Below, piece by piece: positions 28,248 to 38,794 of a DNA stretch of 64,000 bases (positions are counted from its first letter, which is position 1; the number at the start of each line of letters is the position of its first letter). Position numbers and translations under genes: made by a program. Origin of the DNA: an uncultured Candidatus Saccharibacteria bacterium (GTDB lineage Bacteria > Patescibacteriota > Doudnabacteria > UBA920); the NCBI GenBank assembly GCA_964416765.1, contig CAYQEU010000001.1, positions 65,675 through 129,674 of the forward strand, in the 5' to 3' direction. The notes under the pieces were generated by a model. It did no database searches and was not told where the DNA came from. It worked only from the letters and a program-made list of their open reading frames with translations.

Positions 28248-29690
28248 ATGCCGCCAAGCCAGTTTTTTGTTGCCTGCGTTTTAAGCTTTCTTGGCGGGGT
28301 GTTGCTTGCCGGTTTTGAACTGGGACATTTTGAATTGGCTGCTTTTATTGTCGGGGGGATTGGTTTCGCTGGTTTTCTGGCAGCGTTGGTTTTGGGCAAA
28401 AAGGAATCTCGATTCGCCGTGTTGTGCGCTGGCGTGGTGTTCTTTTGCTTAGGCATAATCCGCTACTCGCAGGCTAACCAGCCCAGCCAGTTCAGTAGCA
28501 ACCTAAACAGGAAGCTGCAGCTTGAGGGGGTAGTTGTTGCCGATGCTGATATCCGAATTAAGACGCGGCAGTTGACCGTGCGTCCGGATGGCTATTCCCA
28601 AAACATCCTGGTCGTCACTTTGCCGGACCAGGATGTTACTTATGGAGACCGAGTATGGCTAACAGGGATATTAACAGAACCGGCGCCGTTTTCGGATTTT
28701 AATTACAAAGAATACCTAAAAAGATACCAGATATACGCCATGATGCGCCGGCCAAAAATAATTGTCCTGCGCCGGCACCAGGGCAATCCGGTAATAGCCG
28801 CGCTGTATAACCTGAAAAACTACTACGTCAATAAAGCCAGTGAACTCCTGGGGGAGCCGGAAAGCTCGCTGGTAGTGGGTATTCTCATTGGCGCGCGGAA
28901 AACTTTGTCAGAAGATATTGTAAATGAGTTTAACCGGACCGGGCTTAGTCACATAGTGGCGGTATCAGGGTACAACATCAGCATAATTATTTCGTCGCTC
29001 GGGTTTCTAGCGAAGTACTTGGGGCGGCGCGCCAGTTTTTACGTGTCGCTAGGAATTATAGTGGGCTTCGTGGTGCTGACCGGCGCGAGTGCGTCAATAC
29101 TCCGCGCGGGAATAATGGGAGGGTTGGTGCTGTTTGCCAGCCATATCGGCCGGCCTTATTCAGTTACGCCAAGTTTGGTGTTTAGCGCGGTCGTCATGGC
29201 GGGCATCAATCCGCGTATTATGTACTGGGACATGGGGTTCCAATTGTCTTTTGCCGCGACCGCGGGGATTATTTATGCCTTACCCCACTTGGAAATCATT
29301 TTTTCGCACGTTCCCGAACGGTTTGAATTAAAGTCGATTTTACTGACCACACTTTCCGCCAGCCTGTCTACCTGGCCGTTGCTGGTGGGAAGTTTCGGGC
29401 GGGTGAGTGTGATCGCGCCGGTTGCGAATCTGCTGATCCTGCCCACCATTCCCTGGGTCATGTTGCTGGGGTTTTTAATCTTGCTTCCGGTCGCGGGCAC
29501 CGGCTTTGCCTGGATGACCCATTTACTGCTGGTGTATATCCTCAAAGTGCTGGCCTATTTATCCTCCCTGTCCTGGGCGTCAAAGGAAATTGATCCATCG
29601 CCAGCCAATTTTGCGATTGCACTGTCGCTGAGCCTGGCCATATACCTGACCATTCGGATTCTCTCACGCAAGCTGCAAAAGCGGCCTTGA
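28248..29690 (+). CDS. comEC: Competence protein ComEC/Rec2 (no beta-lactamase domain)
   Basis: TGLSHIVAVSGYN, SILRAGIM, GFQLSFAAT, PVANL; OB-like domain after the N-terminal TM helices. Confidence 0.95.
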   Translation: MPPSQFFVACVLSFLGGVLLAGFELGHFELAAFIVGGIGFAGFLAALVLGKKESRFAVLCAGVVFFCLGIIRYSQANQPSQFSSNLNRKLQLEGVVVADADIRIKTRQLTVRPDGYSQNILVVTLPDQDVTYGDRVWLTGILTEPAPFSDFNYKEYLKRYQIYAMMRRPKIIVLRRHQGNPVIAALYNLKNYYVNKASELLGEPESSLVVGILIGARKTLSEDIVNEFNRTGLSHIVAVSGYNISIIISSLGFLAKYLGRRASFYVSLGIIVGFVVLTGASASILRAGIMGGLVLFASHIGRPYSVTPSLVFSAVVMAGINPRIMYWDMGFQLSFAATAGIIYALPHLEIIFSHVPERFELKSILLTTLSASLSTWPLLVGSFGRVSVIAPVANLLILPTIPWVMLLGFLILLPVAGTGFAWMTHLLLVYILKVLAYLSSLSWASKEIDPSPANFAIALSLSLAIYLTIRILSRKLQKRP

Positions 29691-29741
29691 TGGCGGCCCT
29701 GATAACTGGTAAAATTAGTGCATTATTAAGAGTTTTTACCA

Positions 29742-30509
29742 ATGCCGAACAAAAATTTAATCATTATCGCGGTTATTATAGTCATTGCTGCCCTCGCTTT
29801 GTGGGGAGTATCTAAAATAGCCAAAGCACCGGAGAACATGAACAACAACACTAACAGTCAGGCTAACGCGCAAAACAACGACCAGAATAATCTTGAGGTG
29901 AATAACAATGCCCAGGCTAACGCGAATGGCGAGCAGGCTATGAATGGCTGTATCCGTAATTTCAATCCTGATGTGCTGAAAGAAAAAACAGCCCCGACCG
30001 AAACTTTTGCCACCTTCACCGTCAAAGATTTTGGAACTTTTAAGGTCCAGCTTTACCCCAAGGATGCCCCCAAAACAGTTGAAAACTTTACCCGTTTGAT
30101 TAAAGCCGGGTATTACAATTGTCTGACCTTCCACCGTGTCGCTCATGATTTTGTTATCCAGACCGGTGACCCAACCGGCACCGGCAGCGGGGGAGACAGT
30201 GCTTTCGGTGGCGCGTTTGCCGATGAGCTAAACGCGAACACCTCAAGTTACAAAACCGGTTACGTCAAAGGGATCCTCGCCATGGCAAATGCCGGCCAGG
30301 ATACCAACACCAGCCAGTTCTTCATCAACGTTACAGACAATACCGCCAAGCTTGGCCATAACTACACTATTTTTGGCAAAGTTGTTTCCGGCCAGGACGT
30401 GGTAGACAAAATCGGTAAGGTGCCGGTAACTCCAGGTACTTTTGGTTCTGAAGACGGCAAGCCGGTAACACCGGTTGTCATTGAATCAGCCGTATTGAGC
30501 GCAAAATAA
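29742..30509 (+). CDS. Membrane-anchored cyclophilin-type peptidylprolyl isomerase
   Basis: TM anchor, Asn/Gln-rich linker, APKTVENF, FHRV..FVIQTGDPTGTGSGG, AMANAG..TN.SQFF, YTIFGKV. Confidence 0.94.
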   Translation: MPNKNLIIIAVIIVIAALALWGVSKIAKAPENMNNNTNSQANAQNNDQNNLEVNNNAQANANGEQAMNGCIRNFNPDVLKEKTAPTETFATFTVKDFGTFKVQLYPKDAPKTVENFTRLIKAGYYNCLTFHRVAHDFVIQTGDPTGTGSGGDSAFGGAFADELNANTSSYKTGYVKGILAMANAGQDTNTSQFFINVTDNTAKLGHNYTIFGKVVSGQDVVDKIGKVPVTPGTFGSEDGKPVTPVVIESAVLSAK

Positions 30510-30531
30510 TAATTAATTAAACAAGCAAAGA

Positions 30532-31128
30532 ATGTCCATTAAGCACGTAAAAGAACAGCGCACCTTAGTATTAGTAAAGCCCGACGGCGTAAAGCGCGGT
30601 TTGGTAGGCGAAGTGTTAAAACGCATGGAACGCCGCGGTTTGAAAGTAGTTGCCTTAAAAATGGTTGCCGTTGACCGCAGCCACTTGGAACGCCATTTCC
30701 CGACTGAAGACGAATGGGTCGGCCGTTTGGGTGACAAGGGTTTAAAAACCTTTGCCGAATATGAGCTGGATGTAAAAGAACACATGGGTACCGACGACCG
30801 GATGGAAATCGGGAAGATGGTTAAGGAAAGCCTGTTTGACTACATGACTTCCGGCCCAATTGTGGCCATCGTTATCGAAGGTTTGCACGCCATCGACATG
30901 GTTCGCAAGCTGGCCGGCCACACTTTGCCGGTATTCGCGGAAATGGGCACGATACGCGGTGACTTCTCCGTGGACAGCCCGGCGATTGCCAACGTGGAAA
31001 AGCGCGCCATCCACAACATCATGCACGCCTCGGAAACGGCAGCTGAAGCTGAAAACGAAATTGATCTTTGGTTCCGCCCTGAGGAAATCCATTCCTACAA
31101 GCGCGCCGAAGAAGATATAATGTTCTAG
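30532..31128 (+). CDS. ndk: Nucleoside-diphosphate kinase (with internal insertion)
   Basis: RTLVLVKPDGVKRGLVGE, SGPIVA, GTIRGDF, N.MHAS. Confidence 0.95.
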   Translation: MSIKHVKEQRTLVLVKPDGVKRGLVGEVLKRMERRGLKVVALKMVAVDRSHLERHFPTEDEWVGRLGDKGLKTFAEYELDVKEHMGTDDRMEIGKMVKESLFDYMTSGPIVAIVIEGLHAIDMVRKLAGHTLPVFAEMGTIRGDFSVDSPAIANVEKRAIHNIMHASETAAEAENEIDLWFRPEEIHSYKRAEEDIMF

Positions 31129-31145
31129 GCATTAAATAAAACATT

Positions 31146-31403
31146 ATGGCAGGCATAAAAATCATCAAGAAAAAGGATTTGCAGTACAAGGAAGATGATC
31201 ATAACGAGCAGGAAATTCTGAAAGACGCGGAAGCTCGGGTGAACTCCTCATCCCGCGGTACCGCAGAGTTTAGGGCTCCAAAAGCGGAGGAACCGGATGA
31301 AGTCCAGAAAATGAAAGATTGGGTTAACGAAAGCCTGCTAGAAATTGAAGCCAAAAAGAAAGCCGAACGAGAAAATTTATTTGGCGGCGGCCTAAGAAGG
31401 TAA
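31146..31403 (+). CDS. Small charged hypothetical protein
   Basis: 85 aa ORF between ndk and a terminator. Confidence 0.6.
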   Translation: MAGIKIIKKKDLQYKEDDHNEQEILKDAEARVNSSSRGTAEFRAPKAEEPDEVQKMKDWVNESLLEIEAKKKAERENLFGGGLRR

Positions 31404-31428
31404 TAAAAAACTCCCCGAAAGGGGAGTT
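31404..31428. terminator. Bidirectional terminator
   Basis: AACTCCCC-GAAA-GGGGAGTT with A/T flanks between convergent genes. Confidence 0.8.
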
Positions 31429-32929
31429 ATTTTTTTCTAAAGAAAGTGGGAAGTTTGATGTCTTTTAACTCGTATATGCGCTGGACTAAGCCACGGTTGT
31501 TTTCATTCAGGTAATGCCGGATTTTACTGCGGGCCCCGCTGGTCTTGGCGGCCTTTAGCCAGTCAGTTGAAATTACCGCCGGTTTCTTGCTCTTCAGAAT
31601 TTCTACTACATCGCCCTGCTTCAGCTCGTCCGTGATCTTGCGCATTTTGCCGTTTATTTTGGCTCCCATCATGTGGTAGCCCAGATCGGTATGAACGGAG
31701 AATGCAAAGTCAATTACACTGGCTCCAAAGGGCAAATCCTTAACATCACCCTTGGGAGTCAGAACAAAAATCCGGTCTTTAAAGAAGTCGATCTGCAAGC
31801 TTTCTAGAAATTCTTCCGGGTTGCCCGCGGTTTCTTCCTGCCAGGAACGAAGTTCCTTTATCCAGCCTGTGCGGTGGCCGTCGCTCGCGCCGTTGCCCTT
31901 GAGTTCTGAATAGAACCAGTGGGCTGCAATACCACGCTCCGCTTCCTCGTGCATTAAGTCAGTTCGAATTTGGATTTCGAAAATTTTCCCTTTGTGGTCA
32001 AACACGGTGGTGTGCAGGCTTTGGTAGCCGTTCGGTTTTGGATTGGCGATATAGTCCTTCACGCGCCCCGGCACCGAACGAAAATGCTGGTGCAGTGCCC
32101 CCATAATGGCGTAACAGTCAGTAACTGATTTAGTGACGATTCGCACCGCCACAATGTCGTAGATTTTTGCCGGATCGTTTTCGTATTTTTGGAGTTTCAA
32201 GAAAAGGGAGTAGATATGCTTCACGCGCCCTTCAATATCCAGGTATTTGATGCCCGCCCGTTTTAGCACCGAGCTAATTTCTTTCTTGATGTCGCGCAGG
32301 TTTTGCTCACGCTCCTTTAACTCCTGTTCCAACAGTTCCTTGGTGTGCTTGTAACCTTCGGGATTTACGATGGCGAAAGACAAATCCTGCAGGTCGCCCT
32401 TCCAGGAACCAATACCCAGGCGCCCCGCCAAAGGCCCGTACATTTCCAGGGTCTCCGTGGCGACTTTAAGCTGTTTTTCCGGCGGCAGGTACTTAATGGT
32501 TTCCATGTTGTGGAGACGGTCGGCCAGTTTGATAAGGATAACGCGGATGTCCTTGCTGGTGGCGATGAACATTTTCCGGAGGTTTTCCAGGTAGAACTCA
32601 TCCTTGCTGTTGCGCAGGCGGACATGGCCGAGTTTGGTAACGCCGTCCACCAGCTCAGCGATGTTGGGGCCGAACTCCTTTTCCAATTCTTCAGAAGTAA
32701 CCGATGTATCTTCCGTAATGTCATGAAGGATAGTGGCGGCAATAGTTTCGGCATCCGGAAAGATTTTTCCCAGGGTAACGGCCGCGGCGCGTGGGTGTAC
32801 AATAAAATCCTCGCCACTGTTGCGCTTTTGTCCGGCATGGGCCCGCGTGGCAAACTCGAGCGCTTTGGTAATCAACGCTTCTTCGGCTGGCTTGAATTTG
32901 TGGGGGATTTGCTTGAGCAGGTCTTTCAT
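31427..32929 (-). CDS. rel: RelA/SpoT homolog: hydrolase, synthetase and TGS domains, no ZFD/ACT
   Basis: HAGQKR.SGE.F..HP, LHDITED, KLADRLHN, KDYIANPKPNGYQSLHT, EIQIRT, TPKGD/DFAF TGS. Start set at MKDLLK. Confidence 0.93.
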   Translation of the reverse strand: MKDLLKQIPHKFKPAEEALITKALEFATRAHAGQKRNSGEDFIVHPRAAAVTLGKIFPDAETIAATILHDITEDTSVTSEELEKEFGPNIAELVDGVTKLGHVRLRNSKDEFYLENLRKMFIATSKDIRVILIKLADRLHNMETIKYLPPEKQLKVATETLEMYGPLAGRLGIGSWKGDLQDLSFAIVNPEGYKHTKELLEQELKEREQNLRDIKKEISSVLKRAGIKYLDIEGRVKHIYSLFLKLQKYENDPAKIYDIVAVRIVTKSVTDCYAIMGALHQHFRSVPGRVKDYIANPKPNGYQSLHTTVFDHKGKIFEIQIRTDLMHEEAERGIAAHWFYSELKGNGASDGHRTGWIKELRSWQEETAGNPEEFLESLQIDFFKDRIFVLTPKGDVKDLPFGASVIDFAFSVHTDLGYHMMGAKINGKMRKITDELKQGDVVEILKSKKPAVISTDWLKAAKTSGARSKIRHYLNENNRGLVQRIYELKDIKLPTFFRKK

Positions 32930-32983
32930 ATATCTATTATATAAGATACGGGCCGCGGTTACCATTTATGGTATGCTAAAACC

Positions 32984-33910
32984 ATGCCAGAACTACCAGA
33001 AGTCGAAACCGTGGTAAGGGAACTAAACCGCAAGCTTAAGGGGCGGACCATTACCTCAGTGGAAGTGCGCAAGCCAAAGCTTGTGGCGGTGGGGCCTAAA
33101 ACCGTCTCCAATATCCGGGCTTCTTCCGCCGCCGCGGCAAAAAAGTTTTCTTTGATGATGGCCGGACACAAGTTTGTTTCGGTAAAGCGCCGCGCCAAAT
33201 TGCTAATTTTTGACCTGGACGGGCCGCTTTCAATGCTGGCACATTTAAAAATGACTGGCCAGTTTATTTTTGAAGACAAAGCTCTGCAAAAAAAGACGGG
33301 GAGCAAGTATAGGATTTTAAATAGATTAACCGCACCGCTCGTGCAGCTGCCGAGCAAGTATACCCATGTAATTTTCCGTTTTAAGGACGGGTCAACTTTG
33401 TATTTCAACGACCTTCGCCAGTTTGGCTATTTAAAAATTGTTAAGGATAATGAAGTTGCCGCGGTGCCCGAACTGCAAAATTATGGCCCCGAACCATTGG
33501 AAAAAAGTTTTACGGAGCAGGTGTTTGTAAAAGTAGTGGAACGGCGCGAGCGCACCACTATAAAGCAGGTGCTCATGGACCCCACGGTTGTGGCGGGGAT
33601 TGGCAATATTTATTCCGATGAAATTTTGTACCATGCCAAAATTTTGCCGACGCGCTTGGTGGGGACGCTAGACAAAAAGGAACTCCACGCGGTCTATAAA
33701 CAGATCAGGCCGGTGTTAACGACCGCCATTAAATATAAAGGTTCCAGCGTGGGGGATTTCGTGCGGACCGACGGAAAATGGGGGAGTATGGGCAAGCATC
33801 ACTATGTATATGGACGCAAGGGGCAGCCTTGCAAGCGCTGTGGTACAATAATTAAAAGCGTAAAGCTTGGCGGTAGGACTTCCTGCTACTGCCCTAAAGA
33901 GCAAAAATAG
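32984..33910 (+). CDS. mutM: Formamidopyrimidine-DNA glycosylase
   Basis: MPELPEVET, HLKMTG, D.RQFG, AGIGNIYSDE, C-terminal zinc finger. Confidence 0.97.
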   Translation: MPELPEVETVVRELNRKLKGRTITSVEVRKPKLVAVGPKTVSNIRASSAAAAKKFSLMMAGHKFVSVKRRAKLLIFDLDGPLSMLAHLKMTGQFIFEDKALQKKTGSKYRILNRLTAPLVQLPSKYTHVIFRFKDGSTLYFNDLRQFGYLKIVKDNEVAAVPELQNYGPEPLEKSFTEQVFVKVVERRERTTIKQVLMDPTVVAGIGNIYSDEILYHAKILPTRLVGTLDKKELHAVYKQIRPVLTTAIKYKGSSVGDFVRTDGKWGSMGKHHYVYGRKGQPCKRCGTIIKSVKLGGRTSCYCPKEQK

Positions 33911-33923
33911 GAAAAGAAATAAC

Positions 33924-34124
33924 ATGGAAGATTTAACCCAAAAAACTGACCGGCAGCTTCTGGAGGAAATCCACGAGAATTCCCGGAAGACCAAAAATTA
34001 CTTGATGTGGCAACTCATCATAACGGTGGCCTTGGTGGTGCTTCCGCTCTTGGCCATGGGCATAATTTTGCCACAAGTGCTATCAAGCTTAAGTGCCGCT
34101 TACGGCGGAGGACTAATCCAATGA
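33924..34124 (+). CDS. Small membrane protein (66 aa)
   Basis: MEDLTQKTDRQLLEEIHENSRKTKNYLMWQ followed by one TM helix; ATGA overlap with the next gene. Confidence 0.7.
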   Translation: MEDLTQKTDRQLLEEIHENSRKTKNYLMWQLIITVALVVLPLLAMGIILPQVLSSLSAAYGGGLIQ

Positions 34125-34450
34125 CAGACGAACGCTGGGAAGAATTGATGGAAACGTTGGGTGTGTCTTCAACCAACGAGCCGTTGTACCAGGAGACGGG
34201 CGAAGGGCAGAAAGAATCGGGCAATCAGGATATTGCCATCTTTAAGCGCGGCGCCGACACTTACAAAATAGTCCGGGAGAACCGCCCCGTAGTTCTGGAA
34301 AAGAAGATGACATATTCCCACCGCCAGGGAGACACGGCCCGTACTGAATACAAGCTTTCAGACACTGAGATGAGCCATAAAATCCGCGTATTCAAAGAAG
34401 TGGACATAGACGAATGGGATGAAATGAGCGCGGGTAACTTGGGACTATGA
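34121..34450 (+). CDS. Hypothetical protein (109 aa)
   Basis: GGAGG RBS; MTDERWEELME; ATGA coupling at both ends. Confidence 0.72.
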   Translation: MTDERWEELMETLGVSSTNEPLYQETGEGQKESGNQDIAIFKRGADTYKIVRENRPVVLEKKMTYSHRQGDTARTEYKLSDTEMSHKIRVFKEVDIDEWDEMSAGNLGL

Positions 34451-35376
34451 GTGAAAGTTTAAACAATCGCATCCTGGCCAGCTTGCGATTTTTTGATTTG
34501 CAAGACCTGCCCCTGACCCACTTTGAACTGCACAAGTTTTTATTGGGCGACACCGAGGCCATCCAGCTTTCCCTGGATGGGCATTTTGAATTGACAGGAC
34601 GGCCTGCCGCCGGAGATGAAGAAACTTTGGCAGAGGTGCTTTCCTCGTTAGCTAGCTTAAAGGCAGAGGGCAAGATAGGGGAATATAACGGGTATTATTT
34701 TTTGCCAGGACGTGAAAGTTTGGTTGCATTACGGCTAGGTAATAACGCATACGGGATTAAGCGCGAACAGCGGATCCGGCGCTATATGGGGGGAGTGAAA
34801 TATCTGCCTTTTATCCGCGGCATTGCTTTGGCCGGCTCCCAGGCTTTAGGACAGCAGCGCGCCGAAAGTGACATTGACCTGTTCATTATGACCGACTCGA
34901 ACTTCATGTGGACGGCCCGCACTTTCCTGACTGCTTATTTCCAGGTTTTGGGAAAACGGCGCTACGGAAAAAAGATTGCCAACCGGTTTTGCCTGAACCA
35001 CTACCTGGCGCGCCCCCGCGAAGTCGACGCCGAGAAAAACCTATATAAAGCGATGGAATATTTGAAACTGCGCCCCGTGGTTTACCCGGCCGGCATAGCG
35101 GCATTCCAGCAGGCTAACGCAGCTTGGATAAAAGTGTTTTTTCCGAACGCGGAATTTCCTGAAGCAACCGGCGCGAGACAATCACGTTTGCAAAGAACTT
35201 TGGAAAAAATTTACGCTGCCGTGGGTGGCAGCGCGTTAGAACGATGGCTAGGCAAGTGGCAGCTGCGCCGTATCACCCAGGACAAGTTTATTTTCGTTCG
35301 GGAGGATGAACTATCGTTCCACCCGGAAAGCAAGCACGAAGCTTTACTCTCCGGATTTTTCAAACTCCATAAATAG
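34447..35376 (+). CDS. Pol-beta-superfamily nucleotidyltransferase-domain protein
   Basis: LAGSQALG....SDIDLFI motif, preceded by a winged-helix-like N-terminus. Confidence 0.75.
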   Translation: MSESLNNRILASLRFFDLQDLPLTHFELHKFLLGDTEAIQLSLDGHFELTGRPAAGDEETLAEVLSSLASLKAEGKIGEYNGYYFLPGRESLVALRLGNNAYGIKREQRIRRYMGGVKYLPFIRGIALAGSQALGQQRAESDIDLFIMTDSNFMWTARTFLTAYFQVLGKRRYGKKIANRFCLNHYLARPREVDAEKNLYKAMEYLKLRPVVYPAGIAAFQQANAAWIKVFFPNAEFPEATGARQSRLQRTLEKIYAAVGGSALERWLGKWQLRRITQDKFIFVREDELSFHPESKHEALLSGFFKLHK

Positions 35377-36093
35377 GAGGTAAGGATACCGGTGGAGTTT
35401 GTACTGGCCGGTAAAATTGGGACTGTCTTCAGGGCTTTCCAGATCCTCAAAACGGCGCAGGTTAAATCCGCTCTCCGTAATATTATTTAAGTGTTCCGAC
35501 AGTTTGTAGAAATAACCGGTCAGGTATTTTTTAAAAGAGTAGTGCCGGCTGGTTTTGCTGAACCAATGGTAAGGCCGTAGTTTTAGCTTCGGCTTTCGCA
35601 TGAGCAGGCGGCCAATTATACCGCGTTTCCAAACCCCAACTGGGTAAGCGTAATATGGGTTGGCTATGCTAATAAGAAGCTTCCCCCGGGGCTTTAATAT
35701 TCTCTTCATCTCGGCAAAAGTTTTTTTCTGGTCTTCTACGTCATGAGCGGCCATGCTGAAAATGATGGTGTCGAACTCGCCATCGGAATAGGGGAGGGGT
35801 TCGGCCAAGTCTACCAAACGCGCGGCCAGGCCTGGGTAGGTTTTGTTGATATAATCAATGAAGAATTTGGACCCGTCACAGCATTCAACATTAGGGAACT
35901 CATTGCGCAGCTTGGCGGCCAGCCAGCCTGGTCCGGAAGCCGCGTCCAGTATTTTCTGATTACTACTATTGCCTAAAGCGTTTCGAAAAGCAGAGTACAG
36001 CACGGACTGGTGCACCTGCCCGGCTTCGGTATCCAGATATTTCAAAAATGCTTCGGCCCCCGCGGCATTGTCATAGGAATCTTTGGCTCTCAT
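35344..36093 (-). CDS. Class I SAM-dependent methyltransferase
   Basis: ILDAASGPG, LPYSDGEFD, RILKPRG. Start set at MRAKDS, 6 nt after TATAAT. Confidence 0.88.
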   Translation of the reverse strand: MRAKDSYDNAAGAEAFLKYLDTEAGQVHQSVLYSAFRNALGNSSNQKILDAASGPGWLAAKLRNEFPNVECCDGSKFFIDYINKTYPGLAARLVDLAEPLPYSDGEFDTIIFSMAAHDVEDQKKTFAEMKRILKPRGKLLISIANPYYAYPVGVWKRGIIGRLLMRKPKLKLRPYHWFSKTSRHYSFKKYLTGYFYKLSEHLNNITESGFNLRRFEDLESPEDSPNFTGQYKLHRYPYLLFMEFEKSGE

Positions 36094-36139
36094 GCCCAAA
36101 TTATAGCAATTTAGCGGCCTTTCAGCTAAAATAGTAATC

Positions 36140-36200
36140 TTGACGGGAACCCCGCCATTCGTTATATTATGAATTAGCACTCCCGACGAAGGAGTGCTAA
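36140..36200 (+). promoter_or_regulatory. groESL promoter with perfect CIRCE element (HrcA operator)
   Basis: TTGACG-17-TATATT; TTAGCACTC-N9-GAGTGCTAA at 36174-36200. Confidence 0.95.
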
Positions 36201-36236
36201 AAAGACAAATCATTAATTAAGCTAACAGCAGAAGAT

Positions 36237-36545
36237 ATGAAAGTACGACCATTAGGAAATCGAATTTTAGTAAAACAGCTGTCCACGGAAGAAGTTACCA
36301 AGAGCGGCATTATTTTGCCGGAAACAGCTGACAAAGAAAAGAAAGCCCAGGGCAAAATTGTGGCCGTGGGAAACGGGGAAGATATTTCCAAGCTCGGTTT
36401 GAAAATCGGCGATACCGTGGTATTCGGCAAATACGCCGGCGAAGAAGTTGAAATTGACGAGGACGGCACCAAGGCTGAATACAAAATCTTGTATGTCGGT
36501 GAAGACAAAGACGAAAGCGAAGTCGCCGCTATTATAGAAGACTAA
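36237..36545 (+). CDS. groES: Co-chaperonin GroES
   Basis: [38 protein letters not shown]. Confidence 0.97.
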   Translation: MKVRPLGNRILVKQLSTEEVTKSGIILPETADKEKKAQGKIVAVGNGEDISKLGLKIGDTVVFGKYAGEEVEIDEDGTKAEYKILYVGEDKDESEVAAIIED

Positions 36546-36566
36546 GATAATATAGAAAGGAACAGA

Positions 36567-38231
36567 ATGCCAAAATTGATTAAATCCAAGAACGAAGCAA
36601 AGCAGGCCATTAAAGATGGCGTGGATAAAGTCGCTAACGTAGTTAAGGTAACCTTAGGTCCCACCGGCAAAGCCGTCATTTTAGACCGCGGCTTTGGCAG
36701 CCCAACTATTTCCGATGACGGTGTTACGGTAGCTAAAGAAATAGAGCTCGAAGACAAATTTGAAAACGTCGGTGCTTCCTTGATTCAGGAAGTTGCCAAC
36801 CGAACCAACGAAGAAGCCGGCGACGGCACCACAACCGCGACTGTATTGGCCCAGAAAATGATTGAAGAAGCTTTTGAAGCGGCCGCTTTGGCATCCAGCC
36901 AGGCTAATGAAATTAAGCGCGGCATGGACAAGGCTGTGGCTTTCGTCGTTGAAGAATTGAATAAAGTAAAAAAGACTGTCGGCGAAAACGACATTGAACG
37001 TGTTGCTACTATTGCCTCCCTGGACGAAAATGTAGGAAAAGAAATTGCAGAGGCTATGAAGGAAATTGGCCCCGACGGTGTCATTACCGTTGAAGAAGGC
37101 CAGACCATTGGCATTGAGCGCGAAGTTGTAAAAGGCATGCGCTTCGACAAGGGTTTCGTTTCCCCATACATGGTGACCAATGCCGAACGCATGGAAGCCG
37201 TGTCCGAAGATCCTTTCATTTTGATTACTGACAAGAAGATTTCTTCCGTCCAGGAAGTTCTGCCTTTGCTCGAAAAAGTTGCCCAGTCCGGCAAGAAAGA
37301 CCTGGTGATTATCGCGGATGACATTGAAGGCGAAGCTTTGACCACCTTCATTTTAAACAAGCTCCGCGGCACCTTTAACGTGCTCGCCATCAAAGCCCCT
37401 GGCTTTGGCGACCGCCGCAAGGAAATGCTGCAGGATATTGCCGTTTTGACCGGCGGCCAGGTTATTACCGAGGATTTGGGCTTAAAGCTTGATAAGGCTG
37501 AAGTGGAACAGTTGGGACGTGCCCGCAAGGTAATTGCCACCAAGGAACACTCTACTATTGTGGACGGCCAGGGCGACAAGAGCGCGCTAGAAGCCCGGGT
37601 TAACCAGATCAAGGTGGAAATTAAAGAATCTACTTCTGAATTTGATAAGGAAAAGCTCCAGGAACGCATGGCCCGTTTGTCCGGTGGTGTTGGCGTAATT
37701 AAAGTGGGCGCGTTCACTGAAACAGAAATGAAAGCCAAGAAGTTTAAGATTGAAGACGCATTGAACGCCACCCGCGCCGCCGTGGAAGAAGGAATTATTG
37801 CCGGTGGGGGAGCGGCGTTGGTAAAAGTTTCCTCACGCATGGCCGGATTCGGCAAGGAATTGCCACGGGGCCAACAGCTCGGTGTGGAAATTGTGCGCAA
37901 GTCTTTGGAAGCTCCATTGCGCCAGATCGCCGAAAACACCGGGGTAGAATCCAACGACATCCTTACTTACATCAAGTCCAATGGCGATTACGCTGGCTAC
38001 GACTTTAACAAGTACGACCATTCTGATTGGCAAACCGGCACCGTGGAAGATATGATGGCCGCCGGTATCGTTGATCCGCTTAAGGTTTCCCGCCTGGCTT
38101 TGGAAAATGCCGTATCAATTGCTTCCACTTTGGTTACCACCGAAGGAATTGTTGTAGACAAGCCGGAACCGAAAGACAACAGCGCTGCCGCTGCCGCCAT
38201 GGGGGGCATGGGTGGAATGGGCGGCTTCTAA
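36567..38231 (+). CDS. groEL: Chaperonin GroEL
   Basis: [37 protein letters not shown] tail. Confidence 0.99.
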   Translation: MPKLIKSKNEAKQAIKDGVDKVANVVKVTLGPTGKAVILDRGFGSPTISDDGVTVAKEIELEDKFENVGASLIQEVANRTNEEAGDGTTTATVLAQKMIEEAFEAAALASSQANEIKRGMDKAVAFVVEELNKVKKTVGENDIERVATIASLDENVGKEIAEAMKEIGPDGVITVEEGQTIGIEREVVKGMRFDKGFVSPYMVTNAERMEAVSEDPFILITDKKISSVQEVLPLLEKVAQSGKKDLVIIADDIEGEALTTFILNKLRGTFNVLAIKAPGFGDRRKEMLQDIAVLTGGQVITEDLGLKLDKAEVEQLGRARKVIATKEHSTIVDGQGDKSALEARVNQIKVEIKESTSEFDKEKLQERMARLSGGVGVIKVGAFTETEMKAKKFKIEDALNATRAAVEEGIIAGGGAALVKVSSRMAGFGKELPRGQQLGVEIVRKSLEAPLRQIAENTGVESNDILTYIKSNGDYAGYDFNKYDHSDWQTGTVEDMMAAGIVDPLKVSRLALENAVSIASTLVTTEGIVVDKPEPKDNSAAAAAMGGMGGMGGF

Positions 38232-38258
38232 TATTCGCCAAGAATTTTACGCGAACGA

Positions 38259-38292
38259 AAAACAACCGACGGTGCAGACCATCGGTTGTTTT
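38259..38292. terminator. Terminator after groEL
   Basis: AAAACAACCGA...TCGGTTGTTTT. Confidence 0.75.
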
Positions 38293-38317
38293 GCTTGTGG
38301 CGGGCTTTGCGTGAAAA

Positions 38318-38794
38318 CTACATTATGGGTTCTTCAGGAAGAATCATGAACTTTAGGTAGTCCAGTATGACTTCCGATTCGCTCGGAAACCACACCATCG
38401 GAGTTAGCGGTTCCTCTTCCGATGTGACTATAAACCTTCCTTCTTCAACCCACTCTGAGGCGTATAGCATCAGACTCCTGACGGTCTCGTAGTCCTCGGG
38501 CAGGACGACGTTTAGGATAATGTAGTGCGGGCGGAATTCGACAATGTTTTGCCGGACCGCCTCTTCGTGCAGGGTGCCCTCGAAAGAAAATCCGCTGAGG
38601 AAGCAGGCGGACTTGCTCGTGGGGTGGGCCATCATTTCATAGTGCAGCTGACCGAAGTAGTGTTCGAGAACACTGTAGTGGGAATCGTCGTAATCGAATA
38701 CAAGTAGTCTAACCACGTTAACGCCCACGGCACTAGGGGGATGGTAGAACAGGCGGGTAAGAAGCTGGGTTTCTGGAACTTCCATCAAAGCCAT
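38318..38794 (-). CDS. Acidic hypothetical protein, possibly a degenerate receiver (REC)-like fold
   Basis: AGGAGG RBS and TTGACT-17-CATACT promoter; RLLVFDYDD...RPHYIILNVVLP pattern. Confidence 0.55.
   Translation of the reverse strand: MALMEVPETQLLTRLFYHPPSAVGVNVVRLLVFDYDDSHYSVLEHYFGQLHYEMMAHPTSKSACFLSGFSFEGTLHEEAVRQNIVEFRPHYIILNVVLPEDYETVRSLMLYASEWVEEGRFIVTSEEEPLTPMVWFPSESEVILDYLKFMILPEEPIM

Noticed and set aside
36785-37960. 391-aa antisense ORF over groEL, and similar long antisense ORFs over ftsZ (20372-21499), nrdJ, pilB and the S-layer gene
   Set aside because: These are shadow ORFs caused by codon bias in strongly conserved sense genes; they have no motifs or start signals.
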